From the human T2T-CHM13v2.0 reference genome, Homo sapiens, in NCBI RefSeq assembly GCF_009914755.1, contig NC_060944.1: a stretch of DNA of 64,000 nucleotides; one strand, written 5' to 3'. A program made the translations under genes and the position numbers. The notes beneath the pieces were generated by a model. That model saw nothing but the letters and a program-made list of their open reading frames with translations, did no database searches and had not been told where the DNA came from. Of the stretch, positions 28,820-42,740 are shown piece after piece (positions within the stretch are counted from its first letter, which is position 1; every line of letters begins with the position of its first letter).

Positions 28820-29320
28820 AAAAGTCATTCACTCATGTATTCATTTGGCCACAGACTATGTATTGCACAGCTATTAATATTATGTGGCAGGCCATATCAA
28901 GGCATGGAGAATACAGTGGTAAACAGAACAGATCAAACCTCTGCCCTTATGTTGGTGATAAATGCTCTAGCACCTTGGTAATCAAAATACCTCCGTATTA
29001 GCAGTTTATCGGAAATGCAGAATCTCAGGCCCCACCCCAGATCTATTGGATCAGAATATCCTTTAAACAACATCCTCCTGGAGTTTCATATGCATTTTCA
29101 AGTTGAGAAGAAATAGATAAAAAAATAAGTAAAATAAGGAAAATAGGAAGAGTTTGGGGAGCTTAATGGGAGATTATGTAAGAGAGATATGTGGAGGTCA
29201 AATGCCCAGGGCTCTGTGGGTTATTTGAAGGACGTGGGCTTTTGCTCTGAGTGGGGTGGCAAAACTGGAGAGGATTTTGAGACAAGGCATGGTGTAATGT
29301 GACTAAGTATAAATTCTATG
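28820..29320 (-). mobile_element. L2 relic with inserted MER5
   Basis: cattcactcat...atacagtggtaaacagaacaga...ctgccctta; later ggcttttgctctgagtg. Confidence 0.6.
28970..29110. mobile_element. MER5A/B
   Basis: gaaatgcagaatctcaggccccaccccaga. Confidence 0.75.
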
Positions 29321-29334
29321 TAGCACAGCCTTAA

Positions 29335-29558
29335 ATGTTAGAGAGGTAGAAAACAGATCAGTGGCGGCCTGGCAACAGGGGATAGGCCACAAAAGGGCAC
29401 AAGAAACTTTTAAGGGTAATAGAAATATTCTGTACCTTGATGGTAATGGAATTACACTCATGTATATATTTGTCAAAACTCATCTATTGGTGCACTTAGA
29501 ATGAATGCATTTCGTTATTTGTAAACTACTTCCAAAGAGTTCCAAAAAAAAAAAAAAA
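29335..29558 (+). mobile_element. L1M 3' end
   Basis: aaagggcacaagaaacttt...atttgtcaaaactcat, A tail. Confidence 0.65.
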
Positions 29559-29573
29559 CCTGTTGGACACATC

Positions 29574-29922
29574 TGATACGGTTTGGCTGTGCCGTCACCC
29601 AAATCATCTTGAATTGTAGCTCCCATAATCCCTGTGTGTCATGGGAGGGACCTTGGGGGTGGTGATTAGATTATGGGGGCAGTTCCCCCATGCTGTTCTC
29701 GTGATAGTGAGTGACTTCTCACAAGATCTGATGGTTTTAATAAGGGGGCTCATTCTCATTCTCGCTCCTGCTGCACTGTGAAGAGGGACCTTCCACCATG
29801 ATTGTAAGTTTCCTGAGGCCTCCCCAGCCATACAGAAATGTGAGTCAATTAAACCTCTTTCCTTTATAAATTACTCAGTCTTGGGTATTCTTCATAGCAG
29901 TGTGAGAATGGACTAATATACA
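29574..29922 (+). mobile_element. THE1 solo LTR
   Basis: tgatacggtttggctgtg...ggactaatataca; perfect 5-bp TSD acatc. Confidence 0.93.
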
Positions 29923-29979
29923 ACATCATAACCAGGATATAACTTAAATTGTGTAAAAGAAATAAGCAGGATCACCTCC

Positions 29980-30116
29980 TTATGTGGGTACTATGCTCAC
30001 AACCTGGGTGACAGGTTCAATCACACCCCAAACCTCAGCATCACGCAGTATACCTCTGTAACAAACCTGCAGATGTACCTCGGGTTCTAAAGTAAAAGTT
30101 GAAAATTTAAAAAAAA
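29980..30116 (+). mobile_element. Short L1 3' end (L1PA15-17/L1PB-like)
   Basis: gggtactatgctcac...caaacctcagcatcacgca...aaacctgca, A tail. Confidence 0.8.
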
Positions 30117-30309
30117 GGCAGATGAGAGAACAGCTGTTGCAAAGAGTATCAGTTGAAACCAAATTTCTCTCTAAGCCAGAAGAATAGTGGGTATGTGAGC
30201 ATGTGCAAGATTTTGCACTGCAAAAGATCATTTCAGGAGTCCAGAACACTTGAGAATATGCAGAATAACAGTGGAGAATTCAAAGTGATACCGAAATGCA
30301 AAAGCACAC

Positions 30310-30530
30310 TAGGTCAGGATTTATGAGATAGATTCTATTTTTGCCTCACTTCTACTACTGCCTAACTTTGTGACCTTGGACAAGTCATGTATTGTTCTTG
30401 GGAATACAATTTTCTTCTCTTTCAAGTGGCAATCAGAGCACCTGTTTCCACATTGCTATGTGGGGGTCAAGTGCAATGTGAATGCTGGAAAAGTGCTTTG
30501 AAAATGAGAAGGCACTGCGTATGTGTAAGG
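30310..30530 (+). mobile_element. MIR
   Basis: tgtgaccttggacaagtca...aaagtgctttgaaaa. Confidence 0.65.
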
Positions 30531-30864
30531 ACTGCTAAAATGGCCTTTTCCAAGATGCATTCACATCAGTGACGCCAAGAAGTTGGAAAGGACACCAATT
30601 ATTAGATGTTTCTGACACTGCCTTAACTTCAGGGCATGTGCAAGTTTTCCTGATGTGCATGTGAAACTGTGTCTATTACATATGCTGAAGTTTTCCCCCA
30701 AATGGGACCAGCACCCACATGTCTGATATGTTCCTTAGGTAGAGCCATTCTTCTCAATAAAACACAAAATAGTGAAATACAGAAATGTCTGATTTGTAAA
30801 GAGAGGGTATCTGTAACAAAATTGAAAGTCACAGATTTGATATCTACTTTTACATTCTTGTATC

Positions 30865-31710
30865 CAGTAACATTTTTTTGAGCATCTGCTACTGAGTGAA
30901 GCATGGAAGGATACACAAAGATGAATAAAACACAGTCTTTATTGTCAAGGAGATGACAGTCTAGAAGAATGGATAAGATGTGTCTAAAAGTAACTTGAAT
31001 GCAAAGCCATATGTGGAAACTATAAGACAAAAATTAACGCAATGGAGTTAGATAGGGGGAAAAATAAACACTTGTCTCTCGGAAACCTTCCTGAGAAAAG
31101 TGGTGTTTGAAGTGAGCATTAAGAATAGATTAAGTCATGTCATAGAATCAGGAAAATACAAGGCATTTCTGGAATGATGTGGTGGCCTGTTTGGCTGGGA
31201 GACAGCTTATGTTTGGGGCACTAGTGTGATATGGAAGAGGAGGCTAAAGAAGGTTAATTGAAGACAGGACCATGGAAGGTTTTCCATGCTAGCCTTTCTA
31301 GGCTGGAAATGGAAAACCACTGGAGGTTTCTGAGCAGAAGCGTCGTATGACTCAAAGTGTGTCAGCGGAAGAGGACTTTGGCAGCTCTGTTGAGTATGCA
31401 CTAATGTTGGGACAGACCAGTGGTAGGAAGGCCAATTAAAAACTAAATGCAATGATTTAGGGGAGAGAAAATGAGGATTTCAACTAGTGTAGTAGATTAT
31501 AGGTTTGGACAGATATGAATGAATATAAATAACATTGTATCAAAAAATTGGCTGGACCTTAAAACCATCTGGATGTGGGAGGTGAGAAAGAAGAAAGTAC
31601 CAAGGATGACTCTCAAATTCCCAGCCAAAGTAAAAAGCCCTGAAAGAGTGCATGGGTGAAAGATAGTGGATGTATTTTTAAGACATGCTGACTTAGTGGT
31701 GCTAGTGGAA
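30865..31710 (-). mobile_element. L2
   Basis: tttttgagcatctgctact...aaaccactggaggtttctgagcag...aaggatgactc. Confidence 0.7.
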
Positions 31711-31957
31711 CAGCTAACATTATTATTTCTTCTATACGGCACACATTTACCATATGTTATTCTATTTAATAATCAAAACAGGCTTGTGAGAAGAGTAAGA
31801 TCATACCAGTTTTACATAGAGGGATTAAGGCTAAAGAGAAGTAACTTGCTTAAGGTGGCAGAATCACCATTGGAGAAGAAACATAAATATTGTGTTCTTT
31901 GTATGCCATCATTGCAAAAATCTAGCAGATTGTTGAACATAAGAAACTGAAATTCTT

Positions 31958-32263
<306 letters not shown>

Positions 32264-33369
32264 AAGAAACTGAAATTTGTGATTTCCTGGTCCAGTGATC
32301 ATTTCTAATTGATACCAATGAATCCCTCTGATGAATATTTCACTGGTATTTTTCTAATATATGATACATTCATAAGTTGGTTCCTAAGCTGTATTTTAAG
32401 AGAACATCATGATTTAGATTTTTCTTATACTACCAAGAATGCCACTCTGATTCTTTATGGAAACTGAGACCATACACTTAAGCTCTAGGGGGGAGGTAAT
32501 GTAATGCAACCTGTGTTTCTAAAGCACAATCACACTATAAACAGACCTTGCTGCAAAAATAAGTATATTCAGCACAGAGCTGATAAACCTCAGATCTGTG
32601 GCTGAAATGATCAGTTGATGATATTATAGTAAACACCATTACCAATGTTGTGTTCTGGATGTTTTTCTTCAAGCTGTGTGTCTGTAGGAAATGACTAGTA
32701 TCATAAACCCTCTTGACAAAAAAAAAAAAATCACATTTCTGTTTTCCAAAAAGAGTTTTTTTTAATATCATAATAAATGAGTTCTTTTGAATTCATCTGT
32801 GCTTTTCTAAATATTATCTTCTGGCAATGACTTTGCCTTATCTCTGCTCTGCTGTTTCTGGAGAGCATAATTTTGCTACATGTATCTGAAGATTTATAAT
32901 TGCGCCTCTTAATTGGAAATCAAGGCTTGGCATTAGTTAACAGTTACTGGTGAAATGGCCCACTGATAAAAACAAATGCTTACATTTCTAGAATAATAAC
33001 AGGAATTCTTCTCTGAAGAACCCAGAGTGGCAGACTATCACTTCACAAAACTTTCTCATTTCCCCAAACTTGTAATAAAGCCAGCTCATTGTTTCTTCAG
33101 GCTACTAAGCATCAAGCAATTTGTTTTCTGTGTTCAGTCTGTCATCTTACGGCTCGCTCTAATGTTCACTGAAGCCCTACGGCAGACTTTGGGACTACTG
33201 TTTTTTTAAATAAACAATTATGGCATTTTCAGATATGGATATTATCAAAGGAATGATCTAATTGTCCACCACAGATTTGGATCAGATAGTTATTCCTCAT
33301 AATACCTCAAGCTGAGACTCAGGAAACTAGTCCTGCGTGGGGACATATGTCAAATGCATTACAAAAGCA

Positions 33370-34745
33370 TCACCTCCTTAGTCTAAATAACGTCACCACC
33401 ACCCACCCAGTTATGCAAGCAAGGAACTTAGACAGTATCCTTTTTACCTCCCTCTTCCTCATTGCCCATATCTAACCCGTTCTATGTTCTGAAATAGTAC
33501 TTCTGGATTCATTCTGTCCTGTTGTATTTTTGGATCCATCCATTTTTCTCTTTCTCAACTACCCCACTTGTCAGTCCACCTTGACATTCCACAGTGGCCT
33601 CCTCACTGTTCTCTCCATCCTTCATTCATGCTCCTCTCCAGTGTTTTCTCCACCTACATTGAGAGCAATGTTTCCAGATTAACTAGTATATCAAGTGAGT
33701 CCTAGGTTTAAAAACCTGCAATCACTTTCATTGCTTTTAGTATAAATATCAAAATCCTTATGCAGGACCTTGAAGGCTCTACATGCTCTAGCCCCACTCA
33801 CTTCTACAGACCATTTGTTCTAAGTCTCCTCTTCTCTGGGAGGAAGAGATCCCCTCTACTGAGAATGCTTCTCTTCTCCCATCTCTTCCCTTAGTTATAC
33901 TTTTCCTCCACCTTCATATCTCAAGTGCTAGTTCCTCAGAGAAGCCTTCCTCACCACCCACACACTCCTGGTCCAGGGACCTCCCTTCCTACCTTCCTCC
34001 CTCCCTTCCTCCCTTTCTTCCTCCCTTCCCTTCTTCCTTCCTTTTCTTTTTTTCCATTCTCTCCTTCTTTCTTTCTCTCTTTCTCTTTTTTTCCTTTCTC
34101 ACCATTAGCTTTCTTTCTTCCCATTTTCTTTCCTTCCTTCCTTCCTTCCTTCCCTCCCTCCCCTCTTCCTCTTTTTCACCCTTCCTTCCTTCTTTCATTT
34201 TTTCTTTCTTTCTTTGTTTTTCTTTCGTCTTCCTTCCTTCCATCATTTTTTCTTTCTCTTTGTTTCTTTCTTTCTTTTGTCTCTCTCCTTCTTTCCTTCC
34301 TTCCTCCCTTCCCTTCCCTTCCCCTCCCTCCCCTTCTTTCTTTCCTTCCTTTTCTTCTTTCATCCTGTTTTCATTAATTTGTTCTTTCTTTCCATCATCT
34401 ATCTTTCTATCCTTCCTTCCTTTCTTACTTCCTCCCTCCCTCCCTCTCTCTCTTTCTTTTCTTCTTTCTTTTTCTTCTATTATCTACTATCTATGTTTTT
34501 GTCTATTATCTATCCATCTATTCATCTATCTGTCTATCTCTATATGTATATATTCAATAGAACCAAATCTCTGTATTTCAGATCACTTATTTCTACTTAT
34601 AATCTTATATTTATTCATATCTACAGTCTTAACTCTAGGCTGTAAGCTCCATGAGAACAGTGGTTGTATTTGGTATTACTTAATTTTATGTTCCATGTTC
34701 TCAAGCCTAACTTTGTGTCTGACACAGGTGAGCTTTCAATAAATA
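33370..34745 (+). mobile_element. L2 with an expanded CT-rich tract inside
   Basis: caccacccacccagtt...ggcctcctcactg...aaaatcctta; 3' end ctaggctgtaagctccatgag...tcaataaata. Confidence 0.7.
33980..34545. repeat. CT-rich low complexity grading into (TCTA)-like repeats
   Basis: Directly visible. Confidence 0.92.
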
Positions 34746-34951
34746 TTAGTAGAATAAGTTAAAGTGCTTTACTGAGCTCTGAATGTTGATCAAGAAGTAA
34801 CCACTGCGAAATATTGGATGCCAAGAAAATAAGCTATTTAACATTTCCCAGCAAATGATTTTCAGTGAAGCAGTGAGGATGGGAAAGACACAATCCCTGA
34901 AGACTGAAAGAAATTTAAAAAGAAAATGGGAAGGCAAATGAAAAGCACATA

Positions 34952-35122
34952 AAACAAATACCTAATACATGCAGGGCTTAAAACCTAGATGATGGGTTGA
35001 TAGGTGCAGCAAACCACCATGGCACATGTATACCTATGTAACAAGCCTGCATGTTCTGCACATGTATCCTAGAACTTAAAGTAAAATTTTAAAGAAGAAT
35101 AACCAGAAAATAAATAAATAAA
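34952..35122 (+). mobile_element. Short L1PA 3' end (L1PA7/8-like)
   Basis: gcttaaaacctagatgatgggttgataggtgcagcaaaccaccatggcac. Confidence 0.88.
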
Positions 35123-35362
35123 TATATATTTTTTTAAAACCTGCTTTGTCAGGTACTGTTACAGTTGATATAGATGAAGTGAAATCTAAGAAGAATGTCT
35201 AGGCCCAAGATGCCTAGTGCTTGCTTTTAACTATTTTCATTTTTTAGCCAATTACTAATTAACAGAGGACTAGTTCAGGACTCATTGGAATGTCCAGGTG
35301 GCTAAGGGACTGCACAGTGTTTGCTTTTGATTACAAAAACAAGCCCTAGCTCATGCACTTCC

Positions 35363-36562
35363 TGATAAGTTTGGTTCTGTGTCCCCACCCAAATCTCACC
35401 TTGAATTGTAATGATCCCCATGTGTTGAGGGCAGGACCAGGTGGAGATAAATGAATCATGGGGGCAGTTTCCCTCATGTTGTTCTCGTGATAGCGAACGA
35501 ATTCTCATGAGGTCTATGTTTTTGTTTTTGTTTTTTGAGACAGAGTCTCCCCTGTCACCCAGGCTGGAGTGCAGTGGTGCAATCTCGGCTCACTGCAACT
35601 TCTGCTTCCTGGGCTCAAGTGTAGCTGGGACTACAGGTGTGAATCACCAATGCCTGGCTAACTTTTGTATTTTTGTAGAGACAAGGTTTTGCCATGTTGC
35701 CCAGGCTGGTGTCAAACTCCTGAGCTCAAAGCAATCTGCCTGCATGGACCTCCCAAAGTGCTGAGATTACAGGCATGAGCCACCACACCCGCGGAGATCT
35801 GATGGTTTTATAAGGTGCATCCCCCTACCTTTGGCACTCATTCTTTCTCCTGCTGCCCTGTGAAGAGGTGACTTCTGCCATGATTGTAAGTTTCCTGAGG
35901 CCTTTGGCTGGATTTTGGACTTGCATGGGGCCTGTAGCCCCTTCATTTTGGCCAATTTCTCCCACTTGGAACAGGTATATTTACCCCATGCCTGTACCCC
36001 TATTGTATGTAGGAAGTAAGTAACTTGCTTTTGACTTTACAGGCTCATACGTGGAAGGGACTTGCCTTATTTCAGATGAGAGTTTGGACTTGGACTTTTG
36101 GGTTAATGCTGGAATGAGTTAAGACTTTGGGGGACTGTTGGAAGGGTATGATTGTGTTTTGAAATGTGAGGACATGAGATTTTGGAGGGGCCAGGGATAG
36201 AGTAATATGGTTTAGCTCTGTGTTCCCCCCACCCAAATCTCACCATGAATTGTAATAATCCCCATGTGTCAAGGACAGGACCAGGTGGATATAATTGAAT
36301 CATAGGGGTGGCTTCCCCCGTGTTGTTCTCACGGTAGTGAGTGAGTTCTCATGAGATCTGATGGTCATATAAAGGGCTTCCCCCTTCCCTCGGCTCTCAT
36401 TCTCTCTTCTGTCACCCTGTGAAGAGGTGCCTTCCACCATGATTGTAAGTTTCCTGAGGCCTCCCCAGCCATGCAGAACTGTCAGTCAATTAAGCCTCTT
36501 TTCTTTATAAATTGCCCGATCTCAGGTATTTCTTCATAGCAGCATAAGAATGGACTTACATA
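35363..36562 (+). mobile_element. THE1 element with two LTRs and a large internal deletion
   Basis: 5' LTR 35363-35902 (Alu inserted), internal 3' remnant with polypurine tract 35903-36202, 3' LTR 36203-36562; TSD cttcc on both sides. Confidence 0.9.
35518..35792 (-). mobile_element. Alu (J-like) inserted in the THE1 5' LTR
   Basis: Antisense Alu flanked by degenerate duplication gaggtctatgtttt / gagatctgatggtttt. Confidence 0.9.
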
Positions 36563-37409
36563 CTTCCCCAAGACCTCTTCATTGCTGGGCCATCACAGTA
36601 CCCTGAATATGTTCTTAAAATCAAACTTTAAACCAGTTAGTTGCTTTTAAGCTTTTTCTATGGTGTCTTGTGCACCTTACATCAAATTCACCATGTATAA
36701 TGAATTAAAAAGTATAACTCCTAGCAACAACTCCTAAAGAGTTTGGAGACTTCTTCTGGTGGCATCTCTCTTGCTCTTGTACCCTCTCTCTCTTTTTCTC
36801 TATTCCTCTCCCCAAGTGTCTGAATAATAAAATTTCTATCAGGAGTGGATTAAAAGATACATCTATCAGTTCACCAATTTAGATTCTATAACAGGAATGA
36901 CAGGCATTAAGACATTGTATCCAATAATGTCTGGGCTAACTTTTTTGTTGTCGTTCTCACATCCTTTCCACTGATTAACACAAATAATTGAATTAAGTAT
37001 AATTTCATAAGACATGAATGACTGCATTTCATCATAAATCACTCATAAATTCTTTTGCTAAATTGTTGGTTTTCAATTTAGGATAACTGAAGGATAGGAA
37101 TTTTACCTTCAGGTTAGCTATAACCAAAAATATGAGGAAAAAAAACATGATCTCTGCCAGAAGATCACTGGAAGAGATTTAGTGTGAGATCTTCCATGGA
37201 AAGATCAGAGCAATACAGACTGGCTCAAAGAGAGCACATAGCCTCAGACTTTTATTCTAATGTATAAGAAATGGTTTTTATGTACTTTGTGTTCATTGAT
37301 ACTTATTTTCTTTCTTGGCTTCAGCCAAAATATGAATGTACCCTCAGCTTTCCTTTTTCATGGCAATCATTGATTCTAAAGGCCTGGCACAGATATGTTC
37401 TTCGAAGGG

Positions 37410-37850
37410 TGTGACCTTTACCGTCCTGTGCGCATCAGCTATCTCCCCATCCCATACCTGCATCCCTTTACCAGAGGGCTTTCTCTGGTAGACTGTCCTT
37501 TTGCATGCTGGAGAGTGAGCTCTTCCAGAGGCAGCCCTCAAACCATGATCTATGGGAGCTGACAGATCCTCAGTTGTGTCATCCCTTAGGTGACAAACTG
37601 CACCATCCCTGGAGCATCTCATGGTGAAGTCCTGGTTCCCACAGTGGTAGCTTGCTCAACAGTGCAGCCCTTATTGGCTCTTTTCCATCCTCTTTCTTGC
37701 TTTCCCACTCTTCTACCCGTATTTTCTCTGATCACCTCCCAAATAAACTATTTCTCTAGAACTCTTGTCTCAGGCTTAAATTTTTTCTGCAAAAGGGAAT
37801 GCCTTTGGATTTCTGTAAAAGGGTCTGCTTCAAGGAGAAATGCAACCTGA
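37410..37850 (+). mobile_element. LTR16-like ERVL LTR
   Basis: cccacagtggtagcttgctc...atcacctcccaaataaacta...cttgtctcagg. Confidence 0.7.
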
Positions 37851-39642
37851 GAGAGAAGGTCATGGTTTTCACAAAAGGCTGTGGTTACAATGAGATTTGA
37901 GGCTTAAATCCAGGCTTGTGTAAGACTGTTATGTGTTACTAGTTGTTAAAATATTGAGTGCTTTTATGCTTGTTTGCAAATAGCTACTTCTCCCAACTCT
38001 GCAGTGGTCATGACCACTTCATGGTCATCCATTCCTTCCCATGATTCAACAACTAAAGTTTATTACTTGCCACAACAGGGGCTTCTAAGACCCTCATTAA
38101 ATGCTATGGGCACCAACTGTTTGAATGATTGGTGTGCTTGCTATGTGAATTATTAAATATTTTAAATATTATTTATGTTTAATGTGGTGCCCACCAGACC
38201 CAGATGTAACGTACAGCTTTTCCTTGGACAGTATAGAGAAGACCTTGAAGTTATGTTCTTTTAACTCAGTCTTTAGTATTTCTCTGCATGAAATCCTTCA
38301 GCTCCATGTCCAGTTGCACCGTGGTAGATTTGCAGGGAAGTGGATGGATGAAAGAGACAGGAGAAGGAAGAGAGGACAGAACAATCAATACTTGATGATG
38401 AACTTCTGGGAAACTGCGAGCATTTCCATTTGAAACAAATAGAGTGTTTCTTATACAATAGCCATATGTATTTGTAAACAATAAAATGCCTGCTAGTGTA
38501 CAATGGATTGCACTTCTCTGATATTATACTTATATTCTTGGCTCTGCTTTTTTTCTGGATTCAAAATATTCATAAGAAATGAAATATGGAACCAAAAGTC
38601 ACACATACATACACACACAGATACATTTTATAGTAGATACTTGCTGCTTGGCCCAGATATGTTTTGTGGATTAAATTCTAGGCCCCATGCTGGATGCCAG
38701 ACTCACTACCCATGTTTAGACCCCTAGACATCAGACATTTACTGCCTGGCCCTGTGCTCCCAGCTGCCCATCCAGGTGGTAAGTTTTATATCTCGAAAAG
38801 CTTTTTCAGGCTGATTTCATGGTGAATATGTGTTAATCACCTCAGGGAGTTATTGAGAATTTGGGATAAACTTGATTGGGTGAACAAGCAGCATGTGTCC
38901 AAATATAGCTATTCCTGAGCTGTATCTTTGATATATTTGATGATGCTTGAAAACAGTCCGATTTACATCCATCGCTGCATTATAAAGAACAGGGCTGAAG
39001 ATTTATAAGTTGAATTTTGTTGCAAATGCCAAAGCATGGGCCACAGATAAATCAGTTACCAGAATAAGGGTGATTTTATAACCTGCATGTGTTTTATAGT
39101 TTCTCATGACACAATAATCATAAAATTCAAAAGGCACACTCTTGCAAGTGTGAAAAGGCAATTTCAGGGTTCCTTTTGGTTTCTGCTATTGCAAGGCAGG
39201 ATATAGATACAGTTTCTCACTATTTAGATTTGCTATTGAAGTTTTAGTGGAGTGCCAAAGATTTCAGTCAGCAAGTGTCAGTAAATGATATCAACACAGC
39301 TCCAAGTTCAAGGTGGAATCGTTTCTTGAAATAAAGTGAGCATTTGGTGCCCAGAAATCTTGTTTTAAAATACACCAACTTCTCAGTTTTGGAAGAGCTC
39401 TTTATTTTTTAAAAATAGATTCTTATTATGTAAGCATACAACTTTTCTTGTATGTTCCTGTTGCTCGTATTTGTACACATACACAGTGAAAGTTATTTTT
39501 AAATCTTTTATTCTTATCTGTAACTGCTGACAGCATTTGAGGTGTGGAAACTTTTAAGACTGAAAAATCAAGTAAAGGAAAATTCAAGCAAATGAATACA
39601 GAAAAACATTATCATTAGGAGCCTTAATAAAACTGCTGTTTA

Positions 39643-39947
<305 letters not shown>

Positions 39948-39959
39948 TTAACTCCACAA

Positions 39960-40690
39960 AAGTCATTACACCACTATACATTCACTAAAATTGCTAAAAT
40001 TAAGGAAAAAAAAAAAACAGTAGTAAGGCCAGGTGTTGGCAAGATTGTAGAATAGCTGAAACTCTCATACAGGGGTGATATAAAATGGTACAACTACTTT
40101 GGAAAACTCTCTGGCAGTTTCTAATAAAGTTAAATATGTACTTACCTCTCCTATGGCCTAACAATTCCATTCCTAGGTATTTACCCAAAAGAGATGAAAC
40201 ATATATCCATATAACAACTTGTAAAAGAATGCTTATAGCCCCTTTATTCATAAAAACCCCAAACTGGAAACAACCCAAATTTCCACCAACTGGTAAATGA
40301 ATAAACACATTGCGGTATAATCACATAATGGAATACTACTCAGCTATAAATAAAAATGAATTGCTAATGCATTCAGTCTAGTGATGAATCTCAAAATTAT
40401 AGTGTTTTTGAAGAGAGCTGAAGAGACACAAAATGGACCATACTCTACACTTCCATTTATATTAAGTTTAAAGACAAGGAAATATTCTGCAGTGATAGAA
40501 ACCAGAATAGTAGCTGATTGTAGAGTACAAGAGGACTGATTGGAAAGGAGAACATTCCAGAGAGAGGAAGTGTATTATACCTTAGCCTGGATGATGATTG
40601 CATGGTCATATACACTTGCCAAATTGCATTGATCCATATGTTTATGATTTGCATTATTTGTATATAAATTATACCTCAATAAAATGCTGT
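39960..40690 (+). mobile_element. L1ME 3' region
   Basis: aaaatggtacaactactttggaaaa...cctaggtatttacccaaaagagatgaa...ttatacctcaataaa. Confidence 0.8.
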
Positions 40691-42577
40691 TAACATAAAA
40701 AAATTGCCCAGCTTCTGAGTTCTTGCTTAATAATATTAGTATCACCTGTTGCTGTTCTACGTTAACTCAGGAGCTAAATTCAAATTCAGTGTATGACAAA
40801 ATCTTATTTGTGTGAAATTACTGGGACGTGTACTTTTGCATTTAAGAAAATGCTCCAAAAAACTGAAGATTCTCCCTTCATGTTAGAAACTTAAAAATAA
40901 AATAAAATAAAATAAAGATTTTTTTGGGAGGAAGGGAATCTTAAGTTAAAATGTCACAAATCTCTCCTATCATGTTAGTCACTTTTTTCTTGACTTGGCA
41001 TTTGCTTGGTTGCCTTAAGCCTTTGTCTATTTTTCAGAGTTCTGACAGAGTTGAGTTTGATAATTTTTGCTGGTTTTATCAGTGTTTTCGTGGAGAAATG
41101 GGCCCTTGGGGCTCCCTACTCTGCTGTTTTTGCTGACTTCACCACCAACCCTCATATTCTTAACTCTGTATCCTTAATAGGGTTGAATGGGTTTCAAAAG
41201 GCAAGGTAGGCAATGGATCATGATACTAAGTCAATGATAGGAGCTTTGAAGTGAAAGAGGTGTTTCTAACAAAAAGTAGATACACACTCTCCACCTACAC
41301 TCCTCTTCCTCCATCATATCATACAATTCAGAAGCAAGAAGAAAACACAAACTCATAGACTGAGGCCATCCACCACTACCTGAAATGCTGCACCTCACTC
41401 AACATGGGATGGGGCTTCGATTGTTATGATTTAAGCACTTCTGAAAACACACTTTCTACTTCCTGTTTGGTCTTAAGTCTTCCCTGGAAAGGTCATCTAT
41501 CTCCATGTATTTCCTATAAATATCTACCTCTCTTATTAAGTGTTACATTCAAATGTGACAAATTAAAATCAAGTGGAAATATTTTGTGTTAATGATAAGG
41601 TAAAGCCAACTGTGTATGTCAGAGTAGAATATGGCATGTGCTCTTATCATAAATATTACAGGAGCTATTTGTTTGTCAGGGCTTCATCAAAACATCTGAA
41701 AATTGCTTGACTTGGAGGAGAATAGACTATAATTTCCATGTCTGCCCCAAATAATCAGTCATTGACAACTTAGAAAATTCTTATCAATAAAGATGGAATC
41801 AATTTTTTCTATTCCACAAAATGTAAGCATATCATTTTGAGACAAATTTTAAAATCGTTTTAGACTTGACAAATTACATGAAAGAGACACTTAGTCAGAA
41901 ATGATTTTTTTTAATGAAGTGAAATTTAATAAGTGACTCTGAATGTCTGTTGATGTGTTGGGAAGCCCATCTTTGCTTGACCAAAGATTTATCCAGTAAT
42001 AATCAAAACATCTAAGTTAGTCTTAGAATTTATATATATTTCCCATCCTGGCTAACACCCTCCTCAGCATGGCAGCAGTAGGAAAGATGGCGGCCACATT
42101 CTCTCTATGGGTACCTGATTCTGGAAGGAGCAGAGCAGACCTTATTACCAAAGAATTGTGTTTGTCTGTTTTGACCTGAAGAGTCCCTAAAAGTACTTGC
42201 CTTCGTTTTACCTAACTTGGAACTCTCTTAGGGCAGAAAAGCAGCCATGTAGAGGACATTCCTCCAAAACATAGAAAGGTAAATGAACAAGCCTCTGCCA
42301 CTTAGGGCAAAAGATGATAGTTGTTATAAACAATAGACAACCCTAAATACTGGAAGGAAAAGCTGGAGAATGAGTTACTTTAGAGAATAATTGCTTTGAA
42401 AAAGATTCCTTATAATAGAAAACCTAAAAAGTGATGCATATGCCCAGGATAGGACCTATGCTCAAAAGATTTGAGAAGACACTAAGCTTTCACCTTCAGC
42501 TTGAGATCTTAAGGCTTCACAACAGCAGGAAATGAAGGCTAAGGCAGAGTTGTAAACAGCCAGGCTAGGAGAGGGTT

Positions 42578-42579
<2 letters not shown>

Positions 42580-42625
<46 letters not shown>
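42580..42625. repeat. (TG)n microsatellite
   Basis: About 22 units. Confidence 0.98.
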
Positions 42626-42630
<5 letters not shown>

Positions 42631-42740
42631 CTAGGCATTTAGGGAAATCTGCCAAACCACTAGCTAACCACAAGCTAACAAAATAGAGACTTCAGAGTCC
42701 ATACAACAAAATATATAGCCTTTAAAAATAGTCCGGAAAA

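Noticed and set aside
33925-34742. Overlapping 124-160 aa F/L/S/P-rich or K/E/R-rich ORFs
   Set aside because: Low-complexity CT-tract artefacts
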